Shown here: one piece after another, positions 8,383 through 16,358 of the stretch | How the letters are laid out: each line of letters opens with the position of its first letter | How positions within the stretch are numbered: position 1 is the first letter of the stretch | Assembly (NCBI GenBank): GCA_008932965.1 | Contig: WBXG01000015.1 | Span: forward strand, 1-30,169 | Direction of reading: 5' to 3' | DNA: 30,169 nucleotides | Source of the DNA: Verrucomicrobiota bacterium | Lineage (GTDB): Bacteria; Verrucomicrobiota; Verrucomicrobiia; Chthoniobacterales; UBA6821 | Notes under the pieces: generated by a model | The model's database searches: none | What the model was told of the DNA's origin: nothing | The model's input: the letters and a program-made list of their open reading frames with translations, nothing else | Translations under genes and position numbers: made by a program

Positions 8383-8490
8383 GAGCCTAGATATTTCATG
8401 CTGATGTGTTGCAAGGAGCTGCAAAGCCTGCCTTACCTCATCAGCCTTCACCGCCTCCTCGTCACGATCAATATGAAATATCCAGGCTAG
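8383..8490. repeat. R183 copy 4, a short (~108 bp) internally deleted variant
   Basis: GAGCCTAGATATTTCATGCTGAT...CCGCCTCCTCGTCACGATCAATATGAAATATCCAGGCTAG. The right half aligns with the right halves of copies 2 and 10. The central box and apex are missing. Confidence 0.8.
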
Positions 8491-8573
8491 AAAAATGAAA
8501 AGTGATGAAAGAAATGAGGTGAAAGGATAGATCGGGAGAGCATCCTCTTTTTTATTCATTTTTTTGGAGTCGC

Positions 8574-9698
8574 TTATTTTGGCCATTGAAATTTTGGCAG
8601 CTCGCGTCCTGTTGCCTTGATCCAGATTAAATAAATTCCAATTCCAGCAAAAACAATATTGGGTCCCCAGGCTGCAATCCAAGCAGAGCAACGATATCCC
8701 TTACCCAGAGCTAAAAATAGATTACTTGAAAAAAGAAGTGCTGCAAAAAGACTCACTGCAATGGCCACCCCACTTAAAATACTTCGACGGGAATAGATCA
8801 CTCCTAAGGGTGCAGCCAAAAGAATCACAATAAAACACATCCAGGGAAGTGCCCAGCGATAGTCGAGATGAGTTAGAAAAGGAGCAAGACGTGCTTTGGT
8901 AAAGTCACTGTTGTTATGTAGGTATGTTTTGAGTTCAGGAACACCAAGCAAATCAGGATTCATACTAGAGCTTGCAATGCGCCAGGGAGATTCGCTCCAA
9001 TCATTTTTTTCTTGTTGTTGAGAAAAATCAAAAGTGAGGATGTTACCGTTAGGATTTACAATAACATGATGCAGTTGCGCAAAGGTCCATGTATGCGTGG
9101 AAGGATTAAAGCTAGCATCGACCGCGTACCATTTTTCTATAATATTTCCCTCTTTATCTTGTTGAATAATCTGCAGTTGATGAGCTGACTGGTTTTTCAA
9201 ATCAAGGGATTGCAAGTACCAGGTGCGATTATCAAGACGATTGCGAAAAAGGTGATTTTGAATGAGTTTGTTGATTTTTTTCCCATTCTTAATTTCATCC
9301 ATAAGCTGATTTTTAATCGCTTCGGCTTGAGGTGCCTTTTCGTAGTTAAAGTAGCTGCTAATGATTACTAAGAATAGTCCTACTAAAAAAAACGGAAGAA
9401 AGATGCGATAAAGACTGCGTCCGCTACACAACATCGAAATGATTTCATTACTACGCGACATTTGTGTCATGGAGTAGAGGAGTGCTAATAGTGTTCCTAC
9501 TGGAATGCTTTGGACAATGACATTGGGAATCTGAGTTGAATAAAAATAGATCAGCGTGCTGAAACTTGCATGACCTTGCACAAAATCGGGTAGATTTGTG
9601 CTGAGATTCCAAACAAGCCAGATTGCTATGAATCCGACAATGCAATAAAGAAAAGGAATTGCAAATTTCTTAAGAACGTATTGATCGAGAAGGAGCAT
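8574..9698 (-). CDS. LptF/LptG-family (YjgP/YjgQ) lipopolysaccharide export permease
   Basis: 374 aa with three N-terminal TM segments, a large soluble loop and three C-terminal TM segments. The N terminus MLLLDQYVLKKF...F is typical of the family. Confidence 0.8.
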   Translation of the reverse strand: MLLLDQYVLKKFAIPFLYCIVGFIAIWLVWNLSTNLPDFVQGHASFSTLIYFYSTQIPNVIVQSIPVGTLLALLYSMTQMSRSNEIISMLCSGRSLYRIFLPFFLVGLFLVIISSYFNYEKAPQAEAIKNQLMDEIKNGKKINKLIQNHLFRNRLDNRTWYLQSLDLKNQSAHQLQIIQQDKEGNIIEKWYAVDASFNPSTHTWTFAQLHHVIVNPNGNILTFDFSQQQEKNDWSESPWRIASSSMNPDLLGVPELKTYLHNNSDFTKARLAPFLTHLDYRWALPWMCFIVILLAAPLGVIYSRRSILSGVAIAVSLFAALLFSSNLFLALGKGYRCSAWIAAWGPNIVFAGIGIYLIWIKATGRELPKFQWPK

Positions 9699-9705
9699 GA
9701 CGGCG

Positions 9706-9851
9706 AAGACAAGTAATGGGTAATGAGTGAAGAGTAATGGGTAAAAGAAAATTTTCTAAGACAAATTTTTTGAAATGAGATTTTAAAAGTAAATTGCAAA
9801 AAGTTGTTTCTATTACCGAGCAAAAAACACTCATTACCCATTATCCGTTAC
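9706..9851. repeat. H element 3
   Basis: Left arm AAGACAAGTAATGGGTAATGAGTGAAGAGTAATGGGTAA (9706..9744); right arm CACTCATTACCCATTATCCGTTAC (9828..9851). Confidence 0.85.
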
Positions 9852-10541
9852 AGCTGTTTTGTTGTGTAACAACAAAACAGCCACCATATGCCCTGTTTTT
9901 CCATGTTCACGGCGGTAGGAGTAATAGTGATCAAGATGACAAGCTGTGCAAATTTTTTCATCCTGAATCACCCCTACTCCAGCCTTGGCTGCCTGCTTGC
10001 GAATGGTCTCTGCAAAGTCGATTTCATAGCAAGGTGGCCTAATGCACGGTCCAATAGTGAGGATGCAATCGTAGGGATCGATTTGAAATACTTCCTGCAT
10101 TTGATCAATAGCTTTAGAAACAATACCAAGCGCTGTCCCTTTTTTACCCGAATGAATTAAGGCGCCTGCTCTGCCTGTTTTTTCTATAATCCATACAGGA
10201 GCGCAATCAGCCGTTGTAATGCTTAAAATGACTTCCGAATGAATTGTTATTAGGCCATCGACCTGATTACATTTTTTTGTATCTAAAAAAGGAGGGTTAA
10301 CAATGGCTATGTCGGAACCATGGCATTGATCCGCAGAGACAAACGGAATTCTTGTTAATCGATCCTTCGAGGGGAAGAGGGTCTCTATGATTTTTCGTTG
10401 CAGCGGTTGTTGTCTAAGAAGTGCTTCATGACGGTCCGTAGGAAGTTCAAGGTCTGGAATTCTTCCGACCAGAAAACCGGTTGCTGGAAAATTTTTATCG
10501 GGAGATAGAGTTATTTTCTCAATCCATGCAGTATTCTTCAT
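9834..10541 (-). CDS. pgeF: PgeF/YfiH-family (DUF152, laccase-domain) purine nucleoside phosphorylase-like enzyme
   Basis: 235 aa with conserved positions QCHGSDI, DGLIT, TADCAPV, IHSGKKGT, GPCIRPPCYE and CTAC...YSYRR. Its stop and last codons (..AVTDNG) lie in the right arm of H element 3. Confidence 0.85.
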   Translation of the reverse strand: MKNTAWIEKITLSPDKNFPATGFLVGRIPDLELPTDRHEALLRQQPLQRKIIETLFPSKDRLTRIPFVSADQCHGSDIAIVNPPFLDTKKCNQVDGLITIHSEVILSITTADCAPVWIIEKTGRAGALIHSGKKGTALGIVSKAIDQMQEVFQIDPYDCILTIGPCIRPPCYEIDFAETIRKQAAKAGVGVIQDEKICTACHLDHYYSYRREHGKTGHMVAVLLLHNKTAVTDNG

Positions 10542-10554
10542 AGTAGAGAGAGGC

Positions 10555-12573
10555 TTATGGTGTTGCGATCATCTCTCGTTGGCGATTTTTAGCCTTTTTG
10601 TTCCTTGGCTTCGATACCGTGAATTCAGCAGGAAGAGGATCTGCAGCTCTTAAAGAACGGGGCAAAAGCGGTTGTGGATTTTTTGAGGAATTCAACATCT
10701 TGTAACGGCCTTTTTCACGATGGTTCATCGGATCATCAAAAAGTTCTTCGTACTGCGTGTTCAAGGAGAGCGCTTGATCATATTGGGCTGTAAAGGCAAT
10801 GTAGTTGTATTCAGATTGCAAAACCGTTGTCTGTGCCTGCAAGAGCTGCACTTGAGCATTGAGTACATCGAGTTGCACTCCTGCACCAGCATTCAAGCGC
10901 TCTTGAGAGAGACGCAAAGCCTCAGCAGCTTGAAGCACATTTGCTTTTTGACTATCAACTGTCTCCTGGGCTTGTTGCATATTGGAGATAGCTTGCTGAA
11001 CATTAAGAATCACTTGTCGGACACTATTATCGTAAGCAGTCTTAGCAATCATAAGATTGGCTTTTGCTTGTTTCACATTTCCATAGGTGGCAAGCCCATC
11101 AAAAATAGCCCAATTTCCTTGAACCCCAAAAAACCACCCACTCACAAAATTACTAAGATTATGGTTGTAGACTTTCGTTCCTGCATTGTTGGTATAGGAA
11201 CCATCAGCAGAAAGGTATTGATAGCCTCCTCCTGCAGTAATTGTAGGAAGGTAGCCCCCTAAGGCGGCAGTAATATTTTCAGCCATCATTAAAATATTAT
11301 GCCGTTGTGATTTGAGTGTTGGGCTTCGCTGCAAAGCCGTGTGGATCGATTCATCAGTATTAATTTTACGTGGTTGATAGACAAGCTCCCCAACAACTTC
11401 AAAAGGAACTTCAACAGAGTTGAGATTCGGATAGTTCATTCCAATGAGTTGAACAAGTTGAAATAAAGAAACGCGAAGGTTGTTACGAGCTGTGATGAGC
11501 GCAGGTTGTGCATTGGCAAGCTGCACTTCAGCTTGAAGGACATTGAAACGAGGTACCGTACCTGCATCAAAACGACTTTTTTGATCTTCGACTTGGCTGG
11601 CAAGTAATTCGACACTTTGTTGGTTGGCAACAACGAGTGCTCGATTAAGAACAACCTGATAAAAAGCAGAGATAATTTGTGCAATAACCGAGTCGATTGT
11701 CACTCGAAGATTATAGTAGGCGATCTGTTCAGAGAATTTGGCTGCTTTAATATTGGCGATTGCTGTGCCTCCATTGTAGAGAAGCTGAGTGCCACCTAAT
11801 TGTAATCCCCAACTTTGGTTAATAGGAACTTGGCTGTTAGGCAGGCGACTTCTGTTATTTAATTGAGGATCAATCCAGGTATAGGAGGCATTTGTGATGC
11901 CCAGTTGAGGAATAATAGCTGATCGTACTGTGATAAAATTACCACTTTGTTGACGTATCGTATCGATAGCAGTGAGGATGGAGGGGTTTTTTTGCAGTGA
12001 CGTTCTAACACACTCATCGATGGTGAGACTTGGAGCTCTAGGTGCCACCACCCCTGATTTTATTTTAGTTCCAGCATCCATTAATGCTTTTGTCGAAGCA
12101 GGAATAGCATCTCCCTTTTTTTCTAAATCTTGTTCAAACAAAGTGGAATTGGTGCCAAGGATTGGTGTGGTGTTTGTTCTTAGGAGAGGAGAGGGGGTAT
12201 TCGATGTGACTTCTGGTGAAACAGGGTTATTCGAAGATATAAGATTGGTATTCTCTAAAGGGGTTAACACTACTGCTGGAGATGGCAAGAGATCTTGTGG
12301 TGAAGCTGCTGGAGTAGGATAAGAAAGGGTGTTTGTATTGGATGGATCTTGCGCTATAGACAAAACAAGCTGGTTTGTGATGTTAGAAGGAGGAGCTAGG
12401 GGAGCTTCTTCATTCGTTGTCAATGCCGGACTTGAAATTAAAAAAGAGGTCTCCCCCTCAGCAGAAAAAGAGAGAGAAGCTATTAACAAAAGAAAAAAAC
12501 AACACAAGAATGGTCTCACTCCCTTGGAGAGTAAGGAACTTTCCTCGTTGTGATTGTTCTGCTGGTCCTTCAT
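10555..12573 (-). CDS. TolC-family outer-membrane efflux protein with a long low-complexity N-terminal extension
   Basis: 672 aa. A signal-like segment is followed by ~170 aa rich in P/S/T/N. The rest is the duplicated OEP architecture, starting about LTIDECVRTSLQKNPSIL and rich in coiled-coil Q/A/L repeats. Confidence 0.8.
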   Translation of the reverse strand: MKDQQNNHNEESSLLSKGVRPFLCCFFLLLIASLSFSAEGETSFLISSPALTTNEEAPLAPPSNITNQLVLSIAQDPSNTNTLSYPTPAASPQDLLPSPAVVLTPLENTNLISSNNPVSPEVTSNTPSPLLRTNTTPILGTNSTLFEQDLEKKGDAIPASTKALMDAGTKIKSGVVAPRAPSLTIDECVRTSLQKNPSILTAIDTIRQQSGNFITVRSAIIPQLGITNASYTWIDPQLNNRSRLPNSQVPINQSWGLQLGGTQLLYNGGTAIANIKAAKFSEQIAYYNLRVTIDSVIAQIISAFYQVVLNRALVVANQQSVELLASQVEDQKSRFDAGTVPRFNVLQAEVQLANAQPALITARNNLRVSLFQLVQLIGMNYPNLNSVEVPFEVVGELVYQPRKINTDESIHTALQRSPTLKSQRHNILMMAENITAALGGYLPTITAGGGYQYLSADGSYTNNAGTKVYNHNLSNFVSGWFFGVQGNWAIFDGLATYGNVKQAKANLMIAKTAYDNSVRQVILNVQQAISNMQQAQETVDSQKANVLQAAEALRLSQERLNAGAGVQLDVLNAQVQLLQAQTTVLQSEYNYIAFTAQYDQALSLNTQYEELFDDPMNHREKGRYKMLNSSKNPQPLLPRSLRAADPLPAEFTVSKPRNKKAKNRQREMIATP

Positions 12574-12621
12574 AAATACTTTGAAAAGGAGTCTGTAAAA
12601 TTAGCTATTTTATTCTCATTA

Positions 12622-12805
12622 CTAACACGAATATTTCAGACTAAATCTATTACGGCTTGTGGAAAGCTCTATTGTTACTGCGTTGGTCTCGAATGGTGAT
12701 TTGGACGGTATGTACTCCTACAGCCTGGCATCACATTCCTTTGCTCGCCTTCTGCTAATAAAGCTTTGTGCGGCTCCTCATGACATTTGAACTGGAACTA
12801 TGAGG
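12622..12805. repeat. R183 copy 5 (type-B arm), with a degenerate right end
   Basis: The left part CTAACACGAATATTTCAGACTAAATCTATTACGGCTTGTGGAAAGCTC...CTGCGTTGGTCTCGAAT matches the left arm of copy 8. The right terminus is eroded, so the end coordinate is approximate. Confidence 0.7.
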
Positions 12806-12827
12806 TTCCATATTTAGATATCACTGC

Positions 12828-14344
12828 CTACAAGCTCCCGTTTCCTGGCAGAGTCTGTGGATGTGATTCAGTATTAATGTTAGGGAGAATCTTTGGGGGG
12901 ATGCCATGATTTGAGATCTTAAAATGGAGTTTTAACACACGTCGACCATCACTTTCCTTAACAGTCACGCAGTAGTCACCAATCAAGACCTGTTCCCCTC
13001 GTTGAGGTAAATGATCAAGTAGCTGCGTCACATAGCCTGCAATGGTGCTAACATCGGTCTCTTCAAGCTTGAGGTGGATTATTTCCGAAAGATCATGCAA
13101 TGCAAATGACCCAACTACTTCAAATTCCTGATCGCTAATGTGGCGAAGCTCTTCTTCGGCAGTATCAAACTCATCTTGAATGGACCCTACTAATTCCTCT
13201 AGGACATTATCGAGTGTGACAATGCCAACAGCCCCCCCATATTCATCCACAACAATAGCAAGATGTGCATGCTGTGATAAAAAAAAGTTCAATAATTTTT
13301 CTAAGGACATCATTTCCGAGACGTGCAAGAGAGATCTCTGAATAGCTCTTAATTCTTCTCGATTGGAAGGAATGCTCTCTTGCTTTCTGCTGGGAAGCGA
13401 TTCTGATTGAGAAAACCTCTTTTCCTTGTTCGATGGTGCTACGATACATGCTAGTAAATCTTTGATATGGACAAGACCAGAAGCCTCATCCAATTCTCCT
13501 GAGCAGATTGGAAAACGGGTATGCTGTGATGCAACCACTTTAGCGATCTCCTCTTCAAAGTCCTTGGTAAGATCAAAGGTAATCACTTCACTACGAGGTG
13601 TCATGATATCCCGTACAACCCGGTGGCGAAGATCAAATGCATTGAGGGCTAGCTTTTGGCCTAGAGGCGTTATTTCATCAGTTTTGGTGCTTTCTCCTAA
13701 AATCAATCGGACCTCTTCCTCACTATGAAATAATTCTGTTTCATTAGCTGGCTCCAAGCGAAACACATGACGCAGCAAGGCATTGGAGGCTCCATTAAGT
13801 AAGGCAATAGCAGGACGGAAAAGAAGATAAAAGGTAGTTAGAAGAGGGCTGAGCCACAAGGTTGTTTGAATCGGTTTTCGAATGGCGAAAGTTTTTGGAG
13901 ACTGTTCACCCAGGACAATATGAAGAAAGGTGATGAGGGTAAAAGCCACCGCAAGGAACAGGAGGCAATGATTTTTTCTGAAGTAATTCCTACAGAAAAA
14001 AGGAGAGGAGTAAAAAGAGAATTTAAAAATGGTTCGCCAATCCAACCGAGTCCAAGACTTGCAAGGGTGATTCCAAGTTGGGTTGCCGAGAGATAGGCAT
14101 CAAGGTGGGAAATAATGTGACGGGCTCGTGCTGCTTGAGGAGTCTTCTCTTCAAGCAAGGCTTCGAGTTGACTTGGGCGAATTTTGACAATAGCAAATTC
14201 TGAAGCAACAAAGAGTCCATTGAGCAGGACAAGGAAAAAAATAGCTGCTATTTTTAAGAATATTATTTCTCCCGAATCCCAGGTTGCTGATGGGAGGAGG
14301 CAGAGGAGAGGCTGAAGTAATGTGAACACAGTTGTTGATATCAA
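12828..14344 (-). pseudogene. CNNM/CorC-HlyC-family transporter (DUF21 TM domain, CBS pair, CorC_HlyC) interrupted by a 1-nt frameshift
   Basis: Two overlapping ORFs (13838..14344 and 12828..14045) together make one family-typical protein. Frame 1 reads ...LGLGWIGEPFL...GITSEK and frame 2 continues LLFLAVAFTLITFLHIVLGEQSPK. The switch falls at the T6 run 13972..13977 (A6 on the coding strand). This could be a true pseudogene or an assembly indel. Confidence 0.75.
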
Positions 14345-14404
14345 GAGACAAAATGAGTCGCTAACCTATTTAGTTTCTATGATCCACCCATAGTGTGGGG
14401 ACCC

Positions 14405-14588
14405 CTAGCCCGAAGATTTCATGCTGATTCTGCTGCGGCTTGCGAACACCTGATGGATACTGCGTTAGCTTCGAATTGCTCCTCGGGCAGTATGTAACAC
14501 ACAGCCGTCGTCGCAATCCATCACTTTCCTTGTCTGCATCAGGATTCGCGTCGCCTCGCAACAAACCAGTATGGAATGTGCGGGCTAG
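14405..14588. repeat. R183 copy 6 (type A, 184 bp)
   Basis: CTAGCCCGAAGATTTCATGCTGATTCTGCTGCGGCTTGCGAACACC...CAGTATGGAATGTGCGGGCTAG. The core 14443..14528 matches copy 7 at 82/86. Confidence 0.92.
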
Positions 14589-14614
14589 CCCGATTCTCAC
14601 GCTGCAAGGGAAAA

Positions 14615-14884
14615 CTACCAACTGGACTTGGTCACTCCTGGGATAAGGCCGTTCGTAGCCATTTCACGAAAAGTGATACGAGAGAGTTGGAATCGGCGAA
14701 TAAAAGCACGACGACGACCGGTCAACTGACAACGGTTTGAGAGACGAACAGGACTTGCATCTCGAGGTAATTGGCTGAGGCCAATATAATCTTTCTTTGC
14801 TTTTAGTTCAGTACGAAGAGCTGCCCACTTTGCAACAGTTGCACGTTTGCGTTTCTCTCGTTCTAGCCATGAAGTTTTTGCCAT
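14615..14884 (-). CDS. rpsN: 30S ribosomal protein S14 (long, zinc-independent form)
   Basis: 89 aa from the ATG at 14884 ([13 protein letters not shown]...). The S14 C-terminal signature [32 protein letters not shown] is present and there are no CxxC pairs. The ORF-track start at 14893 adds MHL and is less likely. Confidence 0.9.
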   Translation of the reverse strand: MAKTSWLEREKRKRATVAKWAALRTELKAKKDYIGLSQLPRDASPVRLSNRCQLTGRRRAFIRRFQLSRITFREMATNGLIPGVTKSSW

Positions 14885-15009
14885 AAGATGCATAACCTTA
14901 GCTCAAAGCATCATGATGGCAAGATCTTTTTAAAATAATTGATAAAGCTATTCTATTGTAAGAAGAGTCTAAAAAGGTTCTAATGCTCTCCTTTTTATGG
15001 GCAACAAGG

Positions 15010-15193
15010 CTAACCCGCATATTTCATACCGATTCTGCTGCGGCTTGCGAACACCTGATGGATACTGCGTCAGCTTCGAATTGCTCCTCGGGCAGTATGA
15101 AACATACAGCCGTCGTCGCAATCCATCACCTTCCTTCTCTGCATCAGGATTCACAGCACCTCGCGACGAACCAGTATGAAATATGCAGGCTAA
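15010..15193. repeat. R183 copy 7 (type A, 184 bp)
   Basis: CTAACCCGCATATTTCATACCGATTCTGCTGCGGCTTGCGAACACC...CCAGTATGAAATATGCAGGCTAA. The right terminal repeat contains the ATG at 15183. Confidence 0.92.
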
Positions 15194-16337
15194 TAACTCT
15201 CTGACCCTCCAAGGCAATAGCCATGCACGTCTCCTTATTTCTGAAAGTCAGCGTGGTGCTGATATGTTTTATGCTACAGGATTTCGTGCTCCAGATGATT
15301 TTGTCTATCTCGAACATGATGGACAAAAGATCCTCCTACTCCACGACCTTGAGATAGATCGTGGTCGTCGTGAAGCCTCAGTTGATCAAGTGATTTCCTG
15401 GAGTTTAGTTGCCAAAGAAGCAGGAGAAGAGCTCCAACATCAACCCAGCGAAGCAGAAGTTATTGCTTTCTTTATAAAAAAAAGAGGGATCTCTCATCTG
15501 GAAGTTCCTGCCACTTTTTCACTGAGCTTGGGGCGTTCACTGGAGGCATTAGAATGTTTTGTAGAGACACGAGAAGGGCTTTTTTTCCCAGAACGAGCAC
15601 TCAAAAAACCTCAGGAAATAGAATGGCTCCGCCGAGCTTCTCAAATCACGGAGGTGGGAATGGAGCGAGCTATTGAAATATTGAGGAAGAGTAGAATTGG
15701 GAAAAACAATGCCTTGAAATGGAGTGGAAAATTACTCACTTCAGAACGATTACGCCACGAGGTGGAGGGGGCCATTTATCGTGCAGGAGGTATACCTGCT
15801 GGGGATTCTATTATTGCAGGTGGATTGCAAGCATGTGATCCCCATGAACGTGGACATGGGATTCTCCATGCTCATCAACTCATCATCCTCGATCTTTTTC
15901 CTCGAGATGCCCAAAGTGGTTATTATGGTGACCTTACTCGTACCGTGGTGCGAGGTAAAGCCTCTGAACACCACCACCACCTCTGGAAAACCTGTCTGGA
16001 AGGGCAACAACTGGCATTCAATAAAATAAAGCCCAAGGCCTCTGGGAAAAAAATCGATGAAGCAGTACGGCAATTTTTTACTCAATTAGGATATCCTACT
16101 GAACAAAAAGAGGGGCGTTGGAGCGGTTTCTTCCATGGTACAGGACATGGTCTTGGACTAGAACTTCATGAAGAACCTCGTTTTGGAAAGGCGATGTTGA
16201 AATCGGGACATGTTTTTACTATCGAGCCCGGTCTCTATATTCCAGGCCTAGGAGGAGTTCGTCATGAAGATGTGATTACTGTAACTCCTTCGGGCTATCA
16301 ATTACTGAGCCACTTCCCAAAGATATTAGAAATTTGA
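15183..16337 (+). CDS. M24-family Xaa-Pro aminopeptidase/dipeptidase
   Basis: 384 aa with metal-ligand regions ILDLFPRD..GYYGDLTRT, HGTGHGLGLELHE, FTIEPG and GGVRHED. The only in-frame ATG upstream of the conserved N terminus (ARLLISE..ADMFYATGF) is at 15183, directly after an in-frame TGA. Confidence 0.85.
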   Translation: MQANNSLTLQGNSHARLLISESQRGADMFYATGFRAPDDFVYLEHDGQKILLLHDLEIDRGRREASVDQVISWSLVAKEAGEELQHQPSEAEVIAFFIKKRGISHLEVPATFSLSLGRSLEALECFVETREGLFFPERALKKPQEIEWLRRASQITEVGMERAIEILRKSRIGKNNALKWSGKLLTSERLRHEVEGAIYRAGGIPAGDSIIAGGLQACDPHERGHGILHAHQLIILDLFPRDAQSGYYGDLTRTVVRGKASEHHHHLWKTCLEGQQLAFNKIKPKASGKKIDEAVRQFFTQLGYPTEQKEGRWSGFFHGTGHGLGLELHEEPRFGKAMLKSGHVFTIEPGLYIPGLGGVRHEDVITVTPSGYQLLSHFPKILEI

Positions 16338-16358
16338 AATAGCTGCTTTGGCACTCTA

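Noticed and set aside
10720-11262. Long antisense ORFs nested in real genes (10720..11262 +, 11972..12322 +, 18729..19103 -, 20650..21102 -, 23724..24185 -, 15750..16085 -, 5660..5974 -).
   Set aside because: Each lies wholly inside a longer ORF on the opposite strand that has clear family motifs. Their translations are low-complexity or compositionally odd. I treated them as shadow ORFs.
13960-13985. Programmed -1 ribosomal frameshifting at the A-run in the CorC-family gene.
   Set aside because: In the zero frame the sequence reads GAA AAA ATC, which is not a canonical X XXY YYZ slippery heptamer. I see no obvious downstream stimulatory hairpin. A simple indel or assembly error is more parsimonious.
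14885-15009. Zur/Fur-type box upstream of the stand-alone rpsN (AATTGATAAAGCTATTCTATT region).
   Set aside because: Only one half-site (TGATAA) resembles the Fur/Zur consensus and the partner half-site is poor. I cannot support a regulator site from sequence alone.
14370-15217. Small ORFs of 60-86 aa running through R183 copies on both strands (14370..14621 -, 14440..14646 +, 14969..15217 -, 14983..15204 +, 14997..15179 +, also 4387..4647 + and 8344..8691 -). Their translations look repeated, for example ..AAACEHLMDT.. and ..RRRLYVSYCPRSNSKLTQYPSGVRKPQQN...
   Set aside because: They exist only because the GC-richer repeat lacks stop codons in several frames. The same DNA is open on both strands, the ORFs start or end at arbitrary flanking positions, and some overlap real genes. 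I see no RBS or consistent start. They are repeat artefacts rather than a peptide gene family.
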